36,031 bases of DNA from an uncultured Oscillospiraceae bacterium. GTDB taxonomy: Bacteria; Bacillota; Clostridia; Oscillospirales; CAG-382. Location of the stretch: contig CAZJCI010000001.1 of NCBI GenBank assembly GCA_964544455.1, positions 1 through 36,031 on the forward strand, given 5' to 3'. Shown here one piece after another: positions 24,701 through 34,045 of the stretch; the stretch's first letter is position 1; every line of letters begins with the position of its first letter. The position numbers were made by a program, and so were the translations under genes. The notes beneath the pieces were generated by a model. It did no database searches. It was not told the origin of the DNA and worked only from the letters and a program-made list of their open reading frames with translations.

Positions 24701-24959
24701 AATTGCAGGTTCCTATATAACGGACGGAAAAGTGGCAAGAAATGCGGAAATAAGAGTTGTGCGCGACGGTATAGTTATTTTTGAAGATAAAATTTCGTCC
24801 CTCAAACGGTTTAAAGATGACGCAAAGGAAGTTGCGCAAGGATATGAATGCGGTATCGGACTCGAACGTTTTAACGATATAAAAGAGGGCGATATTTTGG
24901 AAGCGTTCATAATGGAACAGGTTGAACGTGACCTTGATTCGGTTAAGTCCGAAAGCTGA
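21792..24959 (+). CDS. infB: translation initiation factor IF-2 (1055 aa, N-terminal low-complexity region expanded)
   Basis: G domain motifs [29 protein letters not shown] and SAL are present. The C-terminal domains are colinear with IF2. GAAAGGTG RBS. Confidence 0.97.
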   Translation: MATNSNKTIKISQLAKDFKLKNKELLEIIEENGISGKTSSMGLDETEFSVVFNAISKKSVATEAEFFSYDVEAAAKAAAQKAAEEKAEKAAKKAEKAESKTESKPEAKAAPKTDAKSEPKTEHNETEFSQNKVSQPEISKTEASQNENVSKADVATQKSTVEPKNEPKEELSAKPETVTEPKTESKSEPKPEFKADSKTAQKFEKEPSKNAQVGDKKTFERKPNTAEKNFHKEAAPPERRPYGEKKPNGERTLSERTPFGERKPYGDRKPYGERTQNDRPSYGDRKPYGEKNQNGGFGNGEVFGGGFKKQQNKGEKRGFGTGVSKEDEDGNQSVRQPSIKPVFDKDGRAQSRYKSENVEKKSFDAEAKDGNVRLVDLRAGEVDLSKYDEKFENLAGSYGDDDNAPKKKATTSSTSKGSPKNGGKNGKNEYVKNELPNYGRGKKDKNAKKGRGIAQSEPVKKFTGPVTIPDEIMISDLAATLKITTGEVIKKLLMMGLDMASVGANKVIDFDTAYLVADEMGITAEREVVVTLEEKLFADEEDKAEQLVQRSPVVCVMGHVDHGKTSLLDAIRNTNVTVGEAGGITQHIGAYRVKINDREITFLDTPGHEAFTAMRARGAQATDIAILVVAADDGIMPQTVEAINHAKAAGIQVIVAINKMDKLGANPDRVKQELVNYDLLPEDWGGDTICVPVSALKHEGIEELLEMVLLVADMKDLKANPNRAAKGIVIEAKLDKGRGSVATVLVQNGTLKTGDIVIAGTATGRVRAMTNDRGENVKTAGPSVPVEIIGLSEVPDAGDEFRAVADEKMARELVAKRKNEAKEAEFKANSKVSLEDLFSQINEGAKELTIIVKADVQGSAEAVKSSLEKLSNEEVKVRVIHSAVGGINESDVMLADASNAIIVGFNVRPDKGATEHAERSGVDIRTYRVIYDIIEEVKAALCGMLAPEFKESVLGHAEVRQTIHVPGVGTIAGSYITDGKVARNAEIRVVRDGIVIFEDKISSLKRFKDDAKEVAQGYECGIGLERFNDIKEGDILEAFIMEQVERDLDSVKSES
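22506..22664 (+). repeat. in-frame tandem repeats encoding (R/K)(K/R)P(Y/F/N)G(E/D)(R/K) units inside infB
   Basis: The peptide reads [53 protein letters not shown]. The DNA shows recurring CCCTACGGCGA(A/C). Confidence 0.6.
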
Positions 24960-25005
24960 TTTAATATAATTCAGCGGAAAAACGTTTACGAAAGGAAATG
25001 TTTAA

Positions 25006-25359
25006 ATGCCGAAAAAAAATAATTATCACAACGTAAGAGTTAACGAAGAAATAAGCCGTGAACTTACCGAAATTTTAAGAACGGTTAAGGATCCAAGAGT
25101 TTCCGGAAGCTTTATAAGTATTTTGCGAGTTGAAACGGCGGCTGATCTCAGAAACGCAACAATTCATTACAGCGTGCTTGGGGAAGATAAGGACGGTGTA
25201 AAAAAAGGATTAAAAAGTGCAGAAGGCTATATCAGACGAGAACTTGCCCAAAGGCTGAATTTGCGCGCAACTCCCGAATTGTGTTTTTTATATGACGATT
25301 CCATTCAACACGGTGCTCACATAGCCGAAATACTTGAAAAGCTTAATAAAAACGATTGA
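25006..25359 (+). CDS. rbfA: ribosome-binding factor A
   Basis: 117 aa. It has RVNEEISRELTEILR..VKDPR and PELCFLYDDS, typical of RbfA, and follows infB as in most bacteria. Confidence 0.9.
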   Translation: MPKKNNYHNVRVNEEISRELTEILRTVKDPRVSGSFISILRVETAADLRNATIHYSVLGEDKDGVKKGLKSAEGYIRRELAQRLNLRATPELCFLYDDSIQHGAHIAEILEKLNKND

Positions 25360-25396
25360 AAATTTTCGATAAATTCAATAAAATAGGGGATTTGAA

Positions 25397-26806
25397 ATGA
25401 AAAAAGAAAAGCTGTTCGCTTTATTGGAAAATTGCATTATGGTATTGCTTTTTGCGGCAATGCTGTTTCAATGTGCCGTTTATGTCGGTTTTGTGCAAGG
25501 CGATAATGCGGGACTTTCGGAATTTCCCGAAAGCGAAAAGAAAAAAATTGCAAATATCCGTATTTCAACGTCCGAAACAGCAAAGTCTTTCATAATCCCC
25601 TATTTTGTCGGCACTATAACCGAAAACGGAAATTTTGCCGGCGCATATAACGAAAATTCGGCATATGAGATATTCGGATATTTTTTAAATGTTCTTGAAA
25701 ATGCTGTTGGCGGTACTTGTAAAAAGGTTGCTTATTCCGATTTCGAAAAAAAATACGAATATCTTGACAACCTTTATGTCAACACAAAAAACTGTTATTA
25801 TGTCTGCTTTGAAAACGGGATTGAATTTTCGGTGTTGTGCGGACTTATAACGGATACATACGCCGATATTCCCGAAAATCCGGATTTTATTGTGAAAGAT
25901 ATGTTTCTTTTGTGCGGTTCTTTGGGCGAAACTAGCATTACTGCGGTCGATCCTGACGGCAACGTATTAAAAATTTTTCCGTCAAAGAACATTTCGTTCA
26001 ATAATGAATACCTTGAAACATATAATGGAACCGATAAAGACGAATTTGAATTTGTAAAAGTAGACGGAAATAAAAAAGCCGGAAAAAACTGCTATTTCCC
26101 GTCATACAAATATTCGATAGGCTATGAAACCGTAAATAAAAAGAGTTTTAACGATAAATTTTCCGTAAGCGCGGACAGCGACGATATTAAAGAATTGGTA
26201 AGAATTTTCGGAATGAACAATGATAATACGCATTTTTATAAAAAAAGCGACAGTTCGATTGTATGTGTTGAAGCAAATGACAGCTTTGAAATTTCGATTG
26301 ACGGAAATTTTGCGTTTGTTTCGGAAAACGGAAAAAATTTGTCCGAGTTTGCCGGAAGCGGTATTAATTCGGAGTACGGTTTTTCCGATTATGCAAGTGT
26401 GACAAAGAATATTGTTAAATCTATAAACGAAAAGCTTGTGGGTTGCCGTGCAAAACTTACGTTAAACGATATTATATACAGCAACGGCGAATGTTTGTTC
26501 AGATGTAATTATACAATTGACGGTATACCCATCGAAAATTCGGAAATATACGGTCTTGAATTGAAATTCAGCGGCGAAAAGCTTATATCCGCTTTCGGAA
26601 AAATCGAAGTAATCGAATATTCAAACGAAGCGATAACCGATATGCCGCAACGAACATCATATGTATTGTTGCCCGATTCGGAGAATTTTTATATTGTTTA
26701 TTTCGGAGCGGAATATTGTTTCGATTCAAATGCGGAAAACTCGGATATTGCCGTATTGCGCTGGACAGCAAAAACCGAAAGCGTTGAAAAGGAGGCAAAT
26801 TCATGA
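25397..26806 (+). CDS. membrane-anchored protein of unknown function (tentatively YycH-like)
   Basis: 469 aa. TAGGGGA RBS. One N-terminal TM segment (CIMVLLFAAMLFQCAVYV), then a large, probably extracytoplasmic, beta-rich region. The YycH-like call rests only on size, topology and pairing with the next gene. Confidence 0.65.
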   Translation: MKKEKLFALLENCIMVLLFAAMLFQCAVYVGFVQGDNAGLSEFPESEKKKIANIRISTSETAKSFIIPYFVGTITENGNFAGAYNENSAYEIFGYFLNVLENAVGGTCKKVAYSDFEKKYEYLDNLYVNTKNCYYVCFENGIEFSVLCGLITDTYADIPENPDFIVKDMFLLCGSLGETSITAVDPDGNVLKIFPSKNISFNNEYLETYNGTDKDEFEFVKVDGNKKAGKNCYFPSYKYSIGYETVNKKSFNDKFSVSADSDDIKELVRIFGMNNDNTHFYKKSDSSIVCVEANDSFEISIDGNFAFVSENGKNLSEFAGSGINSEYGFSDYASVTKNIVKSINEKLVGCRAKLTLNDIIYSNGECLFRCNYTIDGIPIENSEIYGLELKFSGEKLISAFGKIEVIEYSNEAITDMPQRTSYVLLPDSENFYIVYFGAEYCFDSNAENSDIAVLRWTAKTESVEKEANS

Positions 26807-27768
26807 ATTTTTCCAAAGTAAAACTATTTATATGTTTTTGCCTTTTGATTTTAAACATTGTTGTGGGCTTTTTTTGTTTGAAAATAAACAACGAAAAATA
26901 CTATATTTCGGAAGATGAATTGGAGCTTGCTCAAAAGCATTTGTCAAAAAACGGCGTGGAAGTTTTGTTTAATGCAAAAGACAGAAAAATTTACAGCTTG
27001 CCTGTTTATTCTCTTTCGGTGAATACCGATTACGAAGAAAAAAAAATTCCGCAAATATTCAAAAATATAACCGAAGCTTTTTTTAATACGGAATTGGAAA
27101 ATTCTGCATTTATCAATACTCCTGCGGGATACAGCGTGAGCGTTAAATCGTCAGACGGTTTGCTTATGGGAACCGCCTCGTTTGAAAATTCCTTAAATAT
27201 TGAATGTTATTACGAAAAAAGCGTTGAACATAAGGATATTCAAGAAATTCAAAAAAGCTGTTATGAAGCGGAGTTTACTTACGCTAATAAAAACGATGAA
27301 AAAACGGCGGAAAAATTTGTCCGTGCGGCACTGAATTCCTATGAAATGAAATTTGAAAAGTTCGGAACACGCATATATAATAACGGTAGTATTGTGTGTT
27401 TTACGGGCAAACTTTCGGATGTGCCTGCAATGGATTATTTTTTAAATGTGTATGTAAAAAACAATAATGTTGTGTGTTGCGTGGGAAATATAACCGAAAC
27501 TGCGCCCGAAAAGGCATACAGCGCAAAATTAATTGATGTTGTTAATGCCACATATATTGCGTCGGATTATTTTACAGGCAAAAATTTTAATTCAAAGCGA
27601 GATAAAATAAAGATTGACAAAATTACAATGACTTATAAGCTTTATGAATACAGTTACGGTTCTTATTACGCTGTTCCCGCTTGGGTAATTTCATACATTG
27701 AAAACAACAGCAACGAAAACAACATTGTGTTTGACGCCGTGACCGGAAAAAATGTTCAGGAATTTTAA
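26803..27768 (+). CDS. membrane-anchored protein of unknown function (tentatively YycI-like)
   Basis: 321 aa. ATGA overlap with the upstream gene, and a perfect AAGGAGG 7 nt upstream. The N-terminus MNFSKVKLFICFCLLILNIVVGFF resembles the MDWxKxKxxFIxxFLxLN start of YycI proteins as I recall them. Confidence 0.65.
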   Translation: MNFSKVKLFICFCLLILNIVVGFFCLKINNEKYYISEDELELAQKHLSKNGVEVLFNAKDRKIYSLPVYSLSVNTDYEEKKIPQIFKNITEAFFNTELENSAFINTPAGYSVSVKSSDGLLMGTASFENSLNIECYYEKSVEHKDIQEIQKSCYEAEFTYANKNDEKTAEKFVRAALNSYEMKFEKFGTRIYNNGSIVCFTGKLSDVPAMDYFLNVYVKNNNVVCCVGNITETAPEKAYSAKLIDVVNATYIASDYFTGKNFNSKRDKIKIDKITMTYKLYEYSYGSYYAVPAWVISYIENNSNENNIVFDAVTGKNVQEF

Positions 27769-27848
27769 ATAAGCAATTCGAATATGTGCGGTACAGTACT
27801 GTTTCTGTATATTTTAAAGACAATAACCGAAAGGAATGGTTACGGATT

Positions 27849-29123
27849 ATGGATAGATTTGTAGTAAACGGCGGTAAGGCTCTTCAAGGCGAAATTGAAG
27901 TGGGAGGAATGAAGAACGCTGCCGTTGCAATTATTTTTGCTACAATACTTAACGAAGACGAATGTATTATCAGAAATTTGCCTGATATAAGCGATGTTAC
28001 GGACGGTTTTGCAATTCTCGAAAAAATGGGTGCGTTTGTGGAACGTATTGACAGAAATACTTACAGAGTTAACACAAAAAATGTTGAATGCGGTTCATCT
28101 CCGTATGAATATGTCAGAAAAATGCGCGCGTCATATTATATTCTTGGTGCTGAACTCGGACGTTTCGGAAAGGCTCGCACGGCTTATCCGGGCGGGTGCG
28201 ATTTTGGCATTCGTCCGGTAGATCAGCATATCAAAGGATTCAGAGCACTTGGCGCAAGTGTGACAACCGTTGAATCCGAAAAAAGTTATATAGAGTGTGT
28301 TTGCAATTCCGGTACTGTCGGAAATACAATTTATATGGATGTTGTTTCCGTTGGCGCAACAATAAATATAATGCTTGCGGCTTCTCGTGCCAAAGGTGTA
28401 ACAATTATAGAAAATGCAGCAAGAGAACCGCACATTGTAGATCTTGCCAATTTTCTCAACGCTTCCGGCGCAATGATAACGGGGGCGGGAACGGATACGA
28501 TAAAAATTAAAGGTGTGGATAAGCTAAAGGGAACGGATTACACGATTATTCCGGATATGATTGAAGCGGGAACATATATGATTGCAGCCGCCGCAACCCG
28601 AGGAGAACTTATGATTACAAATGTGATTCCGAAGCATTTGGATTCGATTACGGCAAAGCTTCTCGAAATGGGCGCCGTGGTGGAAGAATATGATGAGGCT
28701 GTTCGAGTAAGCGCAAACGGAAAACTTTGCGGAATAGACGTTAAAACTTTGCCATATCCGGGCTTTCCCACGGATATGAATCCGCAAATGGGCGTGCTTA
28801 TGTGCTTGGCGGACGGTACAAGCGTTATGCGAGAGGGCGTTTGGGACAACAGATTCCGATATGTTGAAGAATTAAAGCTTATGGGAGCGGATATTCAAAT
28901 TTCCCAAAGCGGAAAACAGGCAACTTTTAAAGGCGTTGAGTCGCTTTTCGGAGCTCATGTTCGAGCGGTGGATCTTCGCGCGGGCGCGGCGGTCGTCGTT
29001 GCCGGGCTTGCCGCAAAAGGAACAACCGAAATAACGCATATTCATCATATTTTGCGAGGCTACGAAAATATTACCGAAAAATTAAGACGCGTCGGTGCGG
29101 AAATTATATTGATTTCCGATTAA
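27849..29123 (+). CDS. murA: UDP-N-acetylglucosamine 1-carboxyvinyltransferase
   Basis: I prefer the ATG at 27849 ([25 protein letters not shown]). MurA segments present are [35 protein letters not shown] and RGYENI. Confidence 0.93.
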   Translation: MDRFVVNGGKALQGEIEVGGMKNAAVAIIFATILNEDECIIRNLPDISDVTDGFAILEKMGAFVERIDRNTYRVNTKNVECGSSPYEYVRKMRASYYILGAELGRFGKARTAYPGGCDFGIRPVDQHIKGFRALGASVTTVESEKSYIECVCNSGTVGNTIYMDVVSVGATINIMLAASRAKGVTIIENAAREPHIVDLANFLNASGAMITGAGTDTIKIKGVDKLKGTDYTIIPDMIEAGTYMIAAAATRGELMITNVIPKHLDSITAKLLEMGAVVEEYDEAVRVSANGKLCGIDVKTLPYPGFPTDMNPQMGVLMCLADGTSVMREGVWDNRFRYVEELKLMGADIQISQSGKQATFKGVESLFGAHVRAVDLRAGAAVVVAGLAAKGTTEITHIHHILRGYENITEKLRRVGAEIILISD

Positions 29124-29179
29124 ACAAAATATATATCGAAAAGTATTTTTATAAATGTGATTATCACGTGGAGGTAAAT

Positions 29180-30301
29180 ATGGCAAAGGATACAAAACCG
29201 AAAAAACAAGCGCCGGAAGAAATCACCGGTGAGGAAAACAGAAAAAAAGCGTTGAGTACAACTATTGCGAAAATAGAAAAAGATTTCGGTAAGGGCGCAA
29301 TAATGAAACTTGGCGAAAATACAAATATGAGCGTAAGCGCAATTTCCACGGGTTCGCTGACTCTTGATTTGGCACTCGGAATAGGCGGAATCCCCAAAGG
29401 AAGAATTATAGAAATATACGGTCCGGAATCTTCCGGAAAAACAACCGTTGCTCTTCACGTGGTTGCCGAAGTTCAAAAGCACGGCGGCGAGGCGGCGTTT
29501 ATAGACGCAGAGCACGCTTTGGATCCAATATACGCAAAAGCTCTTGGGATAAATATAGACGAACTTTTGGTTTCGCAACCGGATTACGGCGAACAAGCTC
29601 TTGAAATAACGGAAGCTCTTGTGCGTTCGGGCGCGGTTGATGTTGTTGTTGTGGATTCCGTTGCAGCTCTTGTTCCTCGTGCCGAAATCGACGGCGAAAT
29701 GGGAGACGCTCATGTCGGACTTCAGGCAAGATTGATGTCGCAAGCACTTCGCAAACTTTCCGGAGCAATTGCAAAATCAAATTGCACTGTTATCTTTATA
29801 AATCAACTTCGACAAAAAGTCGGAGTTATGTACGGAAACCCCGAAACAACCCCCGGCGGAGTTGCTCTTAAATATTACGCTTCAGTTCGAATAGATATAA
29901 GGAGAAGCGAACAGATTAAAAACGGTTCCGAAGTAAAAGGTAATCATACAAAATGTAAAGTTGTAAAAAACAAAGTTGCGCCGCCTTTCAAAACTGCGGA
30001 ATTCGATATTCTTTACGGTAAGGGAATTTCAAAAGAAAGCGAATTGCTTGATATCGGCATACAGCTTGATATTATACAAAAAAGCGGTTCTTGGCTTTCA
30101 TACAACGGCGAAAGACTTGGGCAGGGCAGAGATAATGTTCGCGATTTGCTTTGTTCCAACAAAGAACTTGCCGATGAAATTGAAGCTAAAATCCGAAAAG
30201 CGTTTGTGGAGTCCAACGGTGAAATTCTTGAAAGTATTTCCCAAGGCGAAGAATCGGAAGAAGATGAACTTCTTATTACTGAAAGTTTTGATGAAGAATA
30301 A
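29180..30301 (+). CDS. recA: recombinase RecA
   Basis: The ATG at 29180 has GGAGG 4 nt upstream; the track's 29168 start is a GTG. Present are Walker [65 protein letters not shown] and ALKYYASVR. Confidence 0.97.
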   Translation: MAKDTKPKKQAPEEITGEENRKKALSTTIAKIEKDFGKGAIMKLGENTNMSVSAISTGSLTLDLALGIGGIPKGRIIEIYGPESSGKTTVALHVVAEVQKHGGEAAFIDAEHALDPIYAKALGINIDELLVSQPDYGEQALEITEALVRSGAVDVVVVDSVAALVPRAEIDGEMGDAHVGLQARLMSQALRKLSGAIAKSNCTVIFINQLRQKVGVMYGNPETTPGGVALKYYASVRIDIRRSEQIKNGSEVKGNHTKCKVVKNKVAPPFKTAEFDILYGKGISKESELLDIGIQLDIIQKSGSWLSYNGERLGQGRDNVRDLLCSNKELADEIEAKIRKAFVESNGEILESISQGEESEEDELLITESFDEE

Positions 30302-30939
30302 TGCTGATAACAAAAATTTTTTCGTCGGAAACCGGTAACGAATATACGATTTATGATGAAACTTGCGCAAAGTATATTATTTCCGCGGCTGATTTTAAGC
30401 GGCTTAAAATATCATATTTCGGAGACGAGCCAGAGTTCCCCAAAGAACTTTCGGACGATATCAGAAACGCGCTTTCCGAATATGCCGAAAAATTACGGTG
30501 CGTAAAATATTTGCAATGGTATATTCAAAATTATGGTGAAAAGAGCGTTAAAAGGCTTCTTGAAAAATGCACGGAAAACGGGTATAGCGATGAAATTTCG
30601 GAAGCCGCAACGGCATTGTTGATTAAGTTTAATATAATAGATGAAATTGCCGCTTGCAAAAGGCGTATTACGGTTTATGCCGAAGATAAGCTGTTCGGAA
30701 AGTACAGAATAAAGCAAGAATTATTTGCAAAAGGATACAATAAAAAAAGTATCGAAGCCGCTTTCGAAGATTGTGAAACCGATTTTTATGAAAATGCGGC
30801 TGCAATGTATGCAAAATTGACCAAAAACGGCGTTCCGAAAGATTTTTACGAAAAGAAAAAATTGTGCGATAAAATGGTTCGCTACGGTTATTCTTATGAT
30901 GAAATAAAATTCGCTTCATCCGTTGAATATGAACAATAA
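30301..30939 (+). CDS. recX: RecA regulator RecX
   Basis: TAATG overlap with recA. 212 aa, with a helical-repeat pattern such as RIKQELFAKGYNKKSIEAAF and KMVRYGYSYDEI. The position after recA fits. Confidence 0.8.
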   Translation: MLITKIFSSETGNEYTIYDETCAKYIISAADFKRLKISYFGDEPEFPKELSDDIRNALSEYAEKLRCVKYLQWYIQNYGEKSVKRLLEKCTENGYSDEISEAATALLIKFNIIDEIAACKRRITVYAEDKLFGKYRIKQELFAKGYNKKSIEAAFEDCETDFYENAAAMYAKLTKNGVPKDFYEKKKLCDKMVRYGYSYDEIKFASSVEYEQ

Positions 30940-30947
30940 TCTTTAAA

Positions 30948-30994
30948 ACAGTGTATCCGGCAAACTTTGCAAAGTGTGATACACTGTCTTTTTA
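30948..30994 (+). terminator. intrinsic terminator after recX
   Basis: ACAGTGTATC (30948-30957) pairs with GATACACTGT (30978-30987). The 20-nt loop contains a small inner stem. The hairpin is followed by CTTTTTAAG. Confidence 0.7.
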
Positions 30995-31015
30995 AGTAAA
31001 GGAATGATAAAATTA

Positions 31016-32245
31016 ATGAAAACCGAAAGAAAATTTCCCAAAGTTACTGTGAGCAAAAAAGCTGAAATTTCACTGAAAAAAGGTCATCCTTGGGTATACG
31101 GAGAGGAAATAATTCAAGGCGGCGAATCTCTTAAAGACAGTTTACTTGCCGATGTTTTTTCTGTCAAAGGCTCATATCTCGGTACCGGATTTGTCAGCTT
31201 GACCAGCAAAATAAGAATAAGAATTCTGTCCGATAATGCAAATGAAACATTTGCAAATGAATTTTTCGAACGCAGAGTAAAATATGCCGTCGATTACAGA
31301 AAAACGGTTATGGGAAAAGATTTTTCCTCGTGTCGGTTGATTTTCGGAGAAGCTGACGGTCTGCCCGGTCTTACGGTTGACAGATTCGAAAATATACTTG
31401 TCGCTCAAGTTCTTTCCTATGGTACAGAACAGGTTAAATCGGTTATTTTCGATTATTTAATAACATATCTTCGCAGTATGGGCGAAAAAATCGACGCTGT
31501 TTACGAAAGAAACGATGTTGCAATACGTGAACTTGAGGGGCTTGCTCAATATAAAAAGCAATATGAAACGCCGCTTTGCGCAAAACTTGAAAAAACAACA
31601 ACAACATTTTGCGAAAACGGCATAAAATATGTTGTTGATTTTGAAAACGGTCAGAAAACAGGATTTTTTCTTGACCAAAAATATAACAGAAAAGCTGTTT
31701 CAAAAATTGCAAAAGGTAAAAATGTGCTTGACTGTTTTACGCATACAGGTTCATTTGCGCTTAATGCCGCATTGGGAGGGGCTAACCAAGTAACAGCGGT
31801 GGATATATCCGAAACGGCAATTGAAACGGCAAAGAAAAATGCGGAAATGAACGGACTTGAAGATAAAATTGAATTTGTTATGGCAGACGTTTTCGATTTT
31901 TTAACGAATCTTGATGAAAACGGAAAATCGCAATACGATTTTATAATTCTTGATCCGCCCGCGTTTACAAAAAGCAGAAAAACGGTAAAAAACGCCGAGC
32001 GAGGATATAAGGAAATTAATTATAAGGCAATGAAGATTTTGCCGCGCGGAGGATATTTTGCAACTTGCTCCTGTTCGCATTTTATGAAAGACGAGCTGTT
32101 TGTTAAAATGTTAAATTCGGCTGCGCACGACGCCGGCGTACAGCTAAAACAAATAGAAGCAAGGTGGCAATGTTGCGATCATCCGATATTGTGGAACGTA
32201 CCTGAAACGGCATATCTTAAATTTTATATTTTTCAGATTGTTTAA
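31016..32245 (+). CDS. PUA-domain class I SAM-dependent rRNA (cytosine-C5) methyltransferase, RlmI-like
   Basis: The ATG at 31016 has AAAGGAA about 10 nt upstream. The N-terminal part looks PUA-like (KKGHPWVYGEEI), and the SAM-binding motif LDCFTHTGSFAL is present along with ILDPPAF. Confidence 0.8.
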   Translation: MKTERKFPKVTVSKKAEISLKKGHPWVYGEEIIQGGESLKDSLLADVFSVKGSYLGTGFVSLTSKIRIRILSDNANETFANEFFERRVKYAVDYRKTVMGKDFSSCRLIFGEADGLPGLTVDRFENILVAQVLSYGTEQVKSVIFDYLITYLRSMGEKIDAVYERNDVAIRELEGLAQYKKQYETPLCAKLEKTTTTFCENGIKYVVDFENGQKTGFFLDQKYNRKAVSKIAKGKNVLDCFTHTGSFALNAALGGANQVTAVDISETAIETAKKNAEMNGLEDKIEFVMADVFDFLTNLDENGKSQYDFIILDPPAFTKSRKTVKNAERGYKEINYKAMKILPRGGYFATCSCSHFMKDELFVKMLNSAAHDAGVQLKQIEARWQCCDHPILWNVPETAYLKFYIFQIV

Positions 32246-32296
32246 ATAACGCAATTTGCATAAAATGACGAAATTGCCAAAATTATTTAAAATCTA

Positions 32297-32325
32297 TTGA
32301 AATTAAAGCTTTTTTGTGGTATAAT
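32297..32325 (+). promoter_or_regulatory. sigma-A type promoter for the DUF1846 gene
   Basis: TTGAAA (32297-32302), a 17-nt spacer, then TGgTATAAT (-10 at 32320-32325). Confidence 0.65.
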
Positions 32326-32388
32326 CTATAAGTTATAAGAAATGCGGAATTTTTAAGAGGATTTTAAGCGAAAGGTTTGGAAACGACT

Positions 32389-33873
32389 ATGAAAATCGGG
32401 TTTGATAACGATAAGTATGTTGAATTACAGTCTAAAAACATTCATGAAAGAATTGCAAAATTCGGTGGAAAACTGTATCTTGAATTTGGCGGCAAGCTTT
32501 TTGACGATCTTCACGCGGCGCGTGTGTTACCGGGGTTCGCTCCGGACGCAAAAGTTAAGCTTTTGCACACTATGAAAGACGAAACCGAAATAATAGTCAC
32601 AATTAACGCGGCAGATATAGAAAAGAAAAAAATGCGCGCCGATTTCGGAATATCCTATGATATGGATGTTCTCAGACTTATAGATAATCTGCGTTCGCTT
32701 GATATATATGTAAGCGCAATTGTTATTACGCAATACACCGGTCAGCCTTCGGCGGATATTTTCAGAAAAAAGCTTGAACGTCGGGGAGAACGAGTATATT
32801 TTCATAAAATTATTGCCGGTTATCCCAATAATGTGGATACAATCGTATCGGATGACGGTTACGGAGCAAATCCTTTTGTCGAAACAACAAGACCTTTGGT
32901 TGTAATAACCGCTCCGGGACCGGGAAGCGGAAAACTTGCAACCTGCCTTTCGCAAATGTATCATGAACATAAGCGAGGAATTAAAGCCGGATATGCAAAG
33001 TTTGAAACTTTTCCCATATGGAATATTCCGTTAAAGCATCCGGTAAATCTTGCTTACGAGGCGGCAACGTGCGATTTGCGAGATGTAAATATGATAGACC
33101 CATATCATCTTGAAGCATACGGAAAAACAACGGTAAACTATAACCGTGACGTTGAAGCCTTTCCGGTTGTAAAAACAATTCTTTCAAGAATTACCGGAGA
33201 AGAAAGCTTATATAAATCTCCCACGGATATGGGAGTCAATATGGCGGGATATGCAATATGCAACGACGAAGTTGTTAAAGAAGCGGCAAATCAGGAAATC
33301 ATACGCCGTTCCTATAAGGCGTGGTGCGATTATAAAAACGGACTTGTCGATATTGAGGTGGCGCACAGAGCCGAAGCTCTTATGCAGGAAGCCGGTGTAA
33401 CTACGGCTCAAAGACCGGTTGTTGCCGCTTCCTTAAAAAAAGCGGAAGATTCCGGGGTACAGGCAATTGCAATTCAGCTTGATGACGGAACGATAATTAC
33501 AGGAAAATCCGGCGATATGCTTGGCGCACCTGCGGCCGCAATCATAAACGCCATTAAGTATCTTGCCGGAATTAAAGACGAAATTTTCCTTATTTCTCCG
33601 GTTATACTTGAACCCATAAGAAATATGAAAAAAAACACTTTGGGCAGAAACGTCACAAAACTTAACCTTGAAGAAGCGCTTATTGCAATGAGTATTTGCG
33701 CCGCAACCAATCCCATGGTTGAAGAAGCCCTAAAACAGCTTGAACATTTAAAATATACAGAAGCTCATTATACAAAAATGCTGAATCCGCAAGATGAAAT
33801 TACATTCAGAAAATTGAAAATCAATATTACTTGCGAACCGGAATTTGTTTCGAAAAACTTGTATAATCAATAA
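32389..33873 (+). CDS. DUF1846 (UPF0371) family protein
   Basis: I prefer the ATG at 32389 (MKIGFDNDKY) over the TTG at 32377. KIGFDNDKYVELQS..I.ER, LYLEFGGKLFDD.HAARVLPGF and TAPGPGSGKLATCLSQ match my recollection of this conserved family. Confidence 0.8.
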   Translation: MKIGFDNDKYVELQSKNIHERIAKFGGKLYLEFGGKLFDDLHAARVLPGFAPDAKVKLLHTMKDETEIIVTINAADIEKKKMRADFGISYDMDVLRLIDNLRSLDIYVSAIVITQYTGQPSADIFRKKLERRGERVYFHKIIAGYPNNVDTIVSDDGYGANPFVETTRPLVVITAPGPGSGKLATCLSQMYHEHKRGIKAGYAKFETFPIWNIPLKHPVNLAYEAATCDLRDVNMIDPYHLEAYGKTTVNYNRDVEAFPVVKTILSRITGEESLYKSPTDMGVNMAGYAICNDEVVKEAANQEIIRRSYKAWCDYKNGLVDIEVAHRAEALMQEAGVTTAQRPVVAASLKKAEDSGVQAIAIQLDDGTIITGKSGDMLGAPAAAIINAIKYLAGIKDEIFLISPVILEPIRNMKKNTLGRNVTKLNLEEALIAMSICAATNPMVEEALKQLEHLKYTEAHYTKMLNPQDEITFRKLKINITCEPEFVSKNLYNQ

Positions 33874-33960
33874 TTTTCGGTTGAAATACATATTAAAAAC
33901 GCTGTTATATTGCAAAATAATTTTTAATAACGATTTTTATATCAAAATAATCATAAAATA

Positions 33961-34000
33961 AATACACCGAAAAGCAGTTTTTATTGCTTTTCGGTGTATT
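33961..34000. terminator. bidirectional intrinsic terminator between the DUF1846 gene and the MATE gene
   Basis: Perfect 16-bp stem AATACACCGAAAAGCA / TGCTTTTCGGTGTATT with an 8-nt loop. T-rich flanks on both strands. It sits between convergent genes. Confidence 0.75.
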
Positions 34001-34045
34001 TTAATTATTCGGTGGTTAATTTTTTGCCATACCGCAAAAATGTGC

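Noticed and set aside
29137-29150. Possible LexA (Cheo) box CGAAAAGTATTTTT upstream of recA, next to a weak TTGATT-N17-TATATC promoter at 29109-29137
   Set aside because: Only 7 of the 10 specified positions of CGAAC-N4-GTTCG match, and both inner C/G positions are lost. The -10 lacks the conserved final T. recA may instead be co-transcribed with murA, 56 nt upstream. This is too weak to call.
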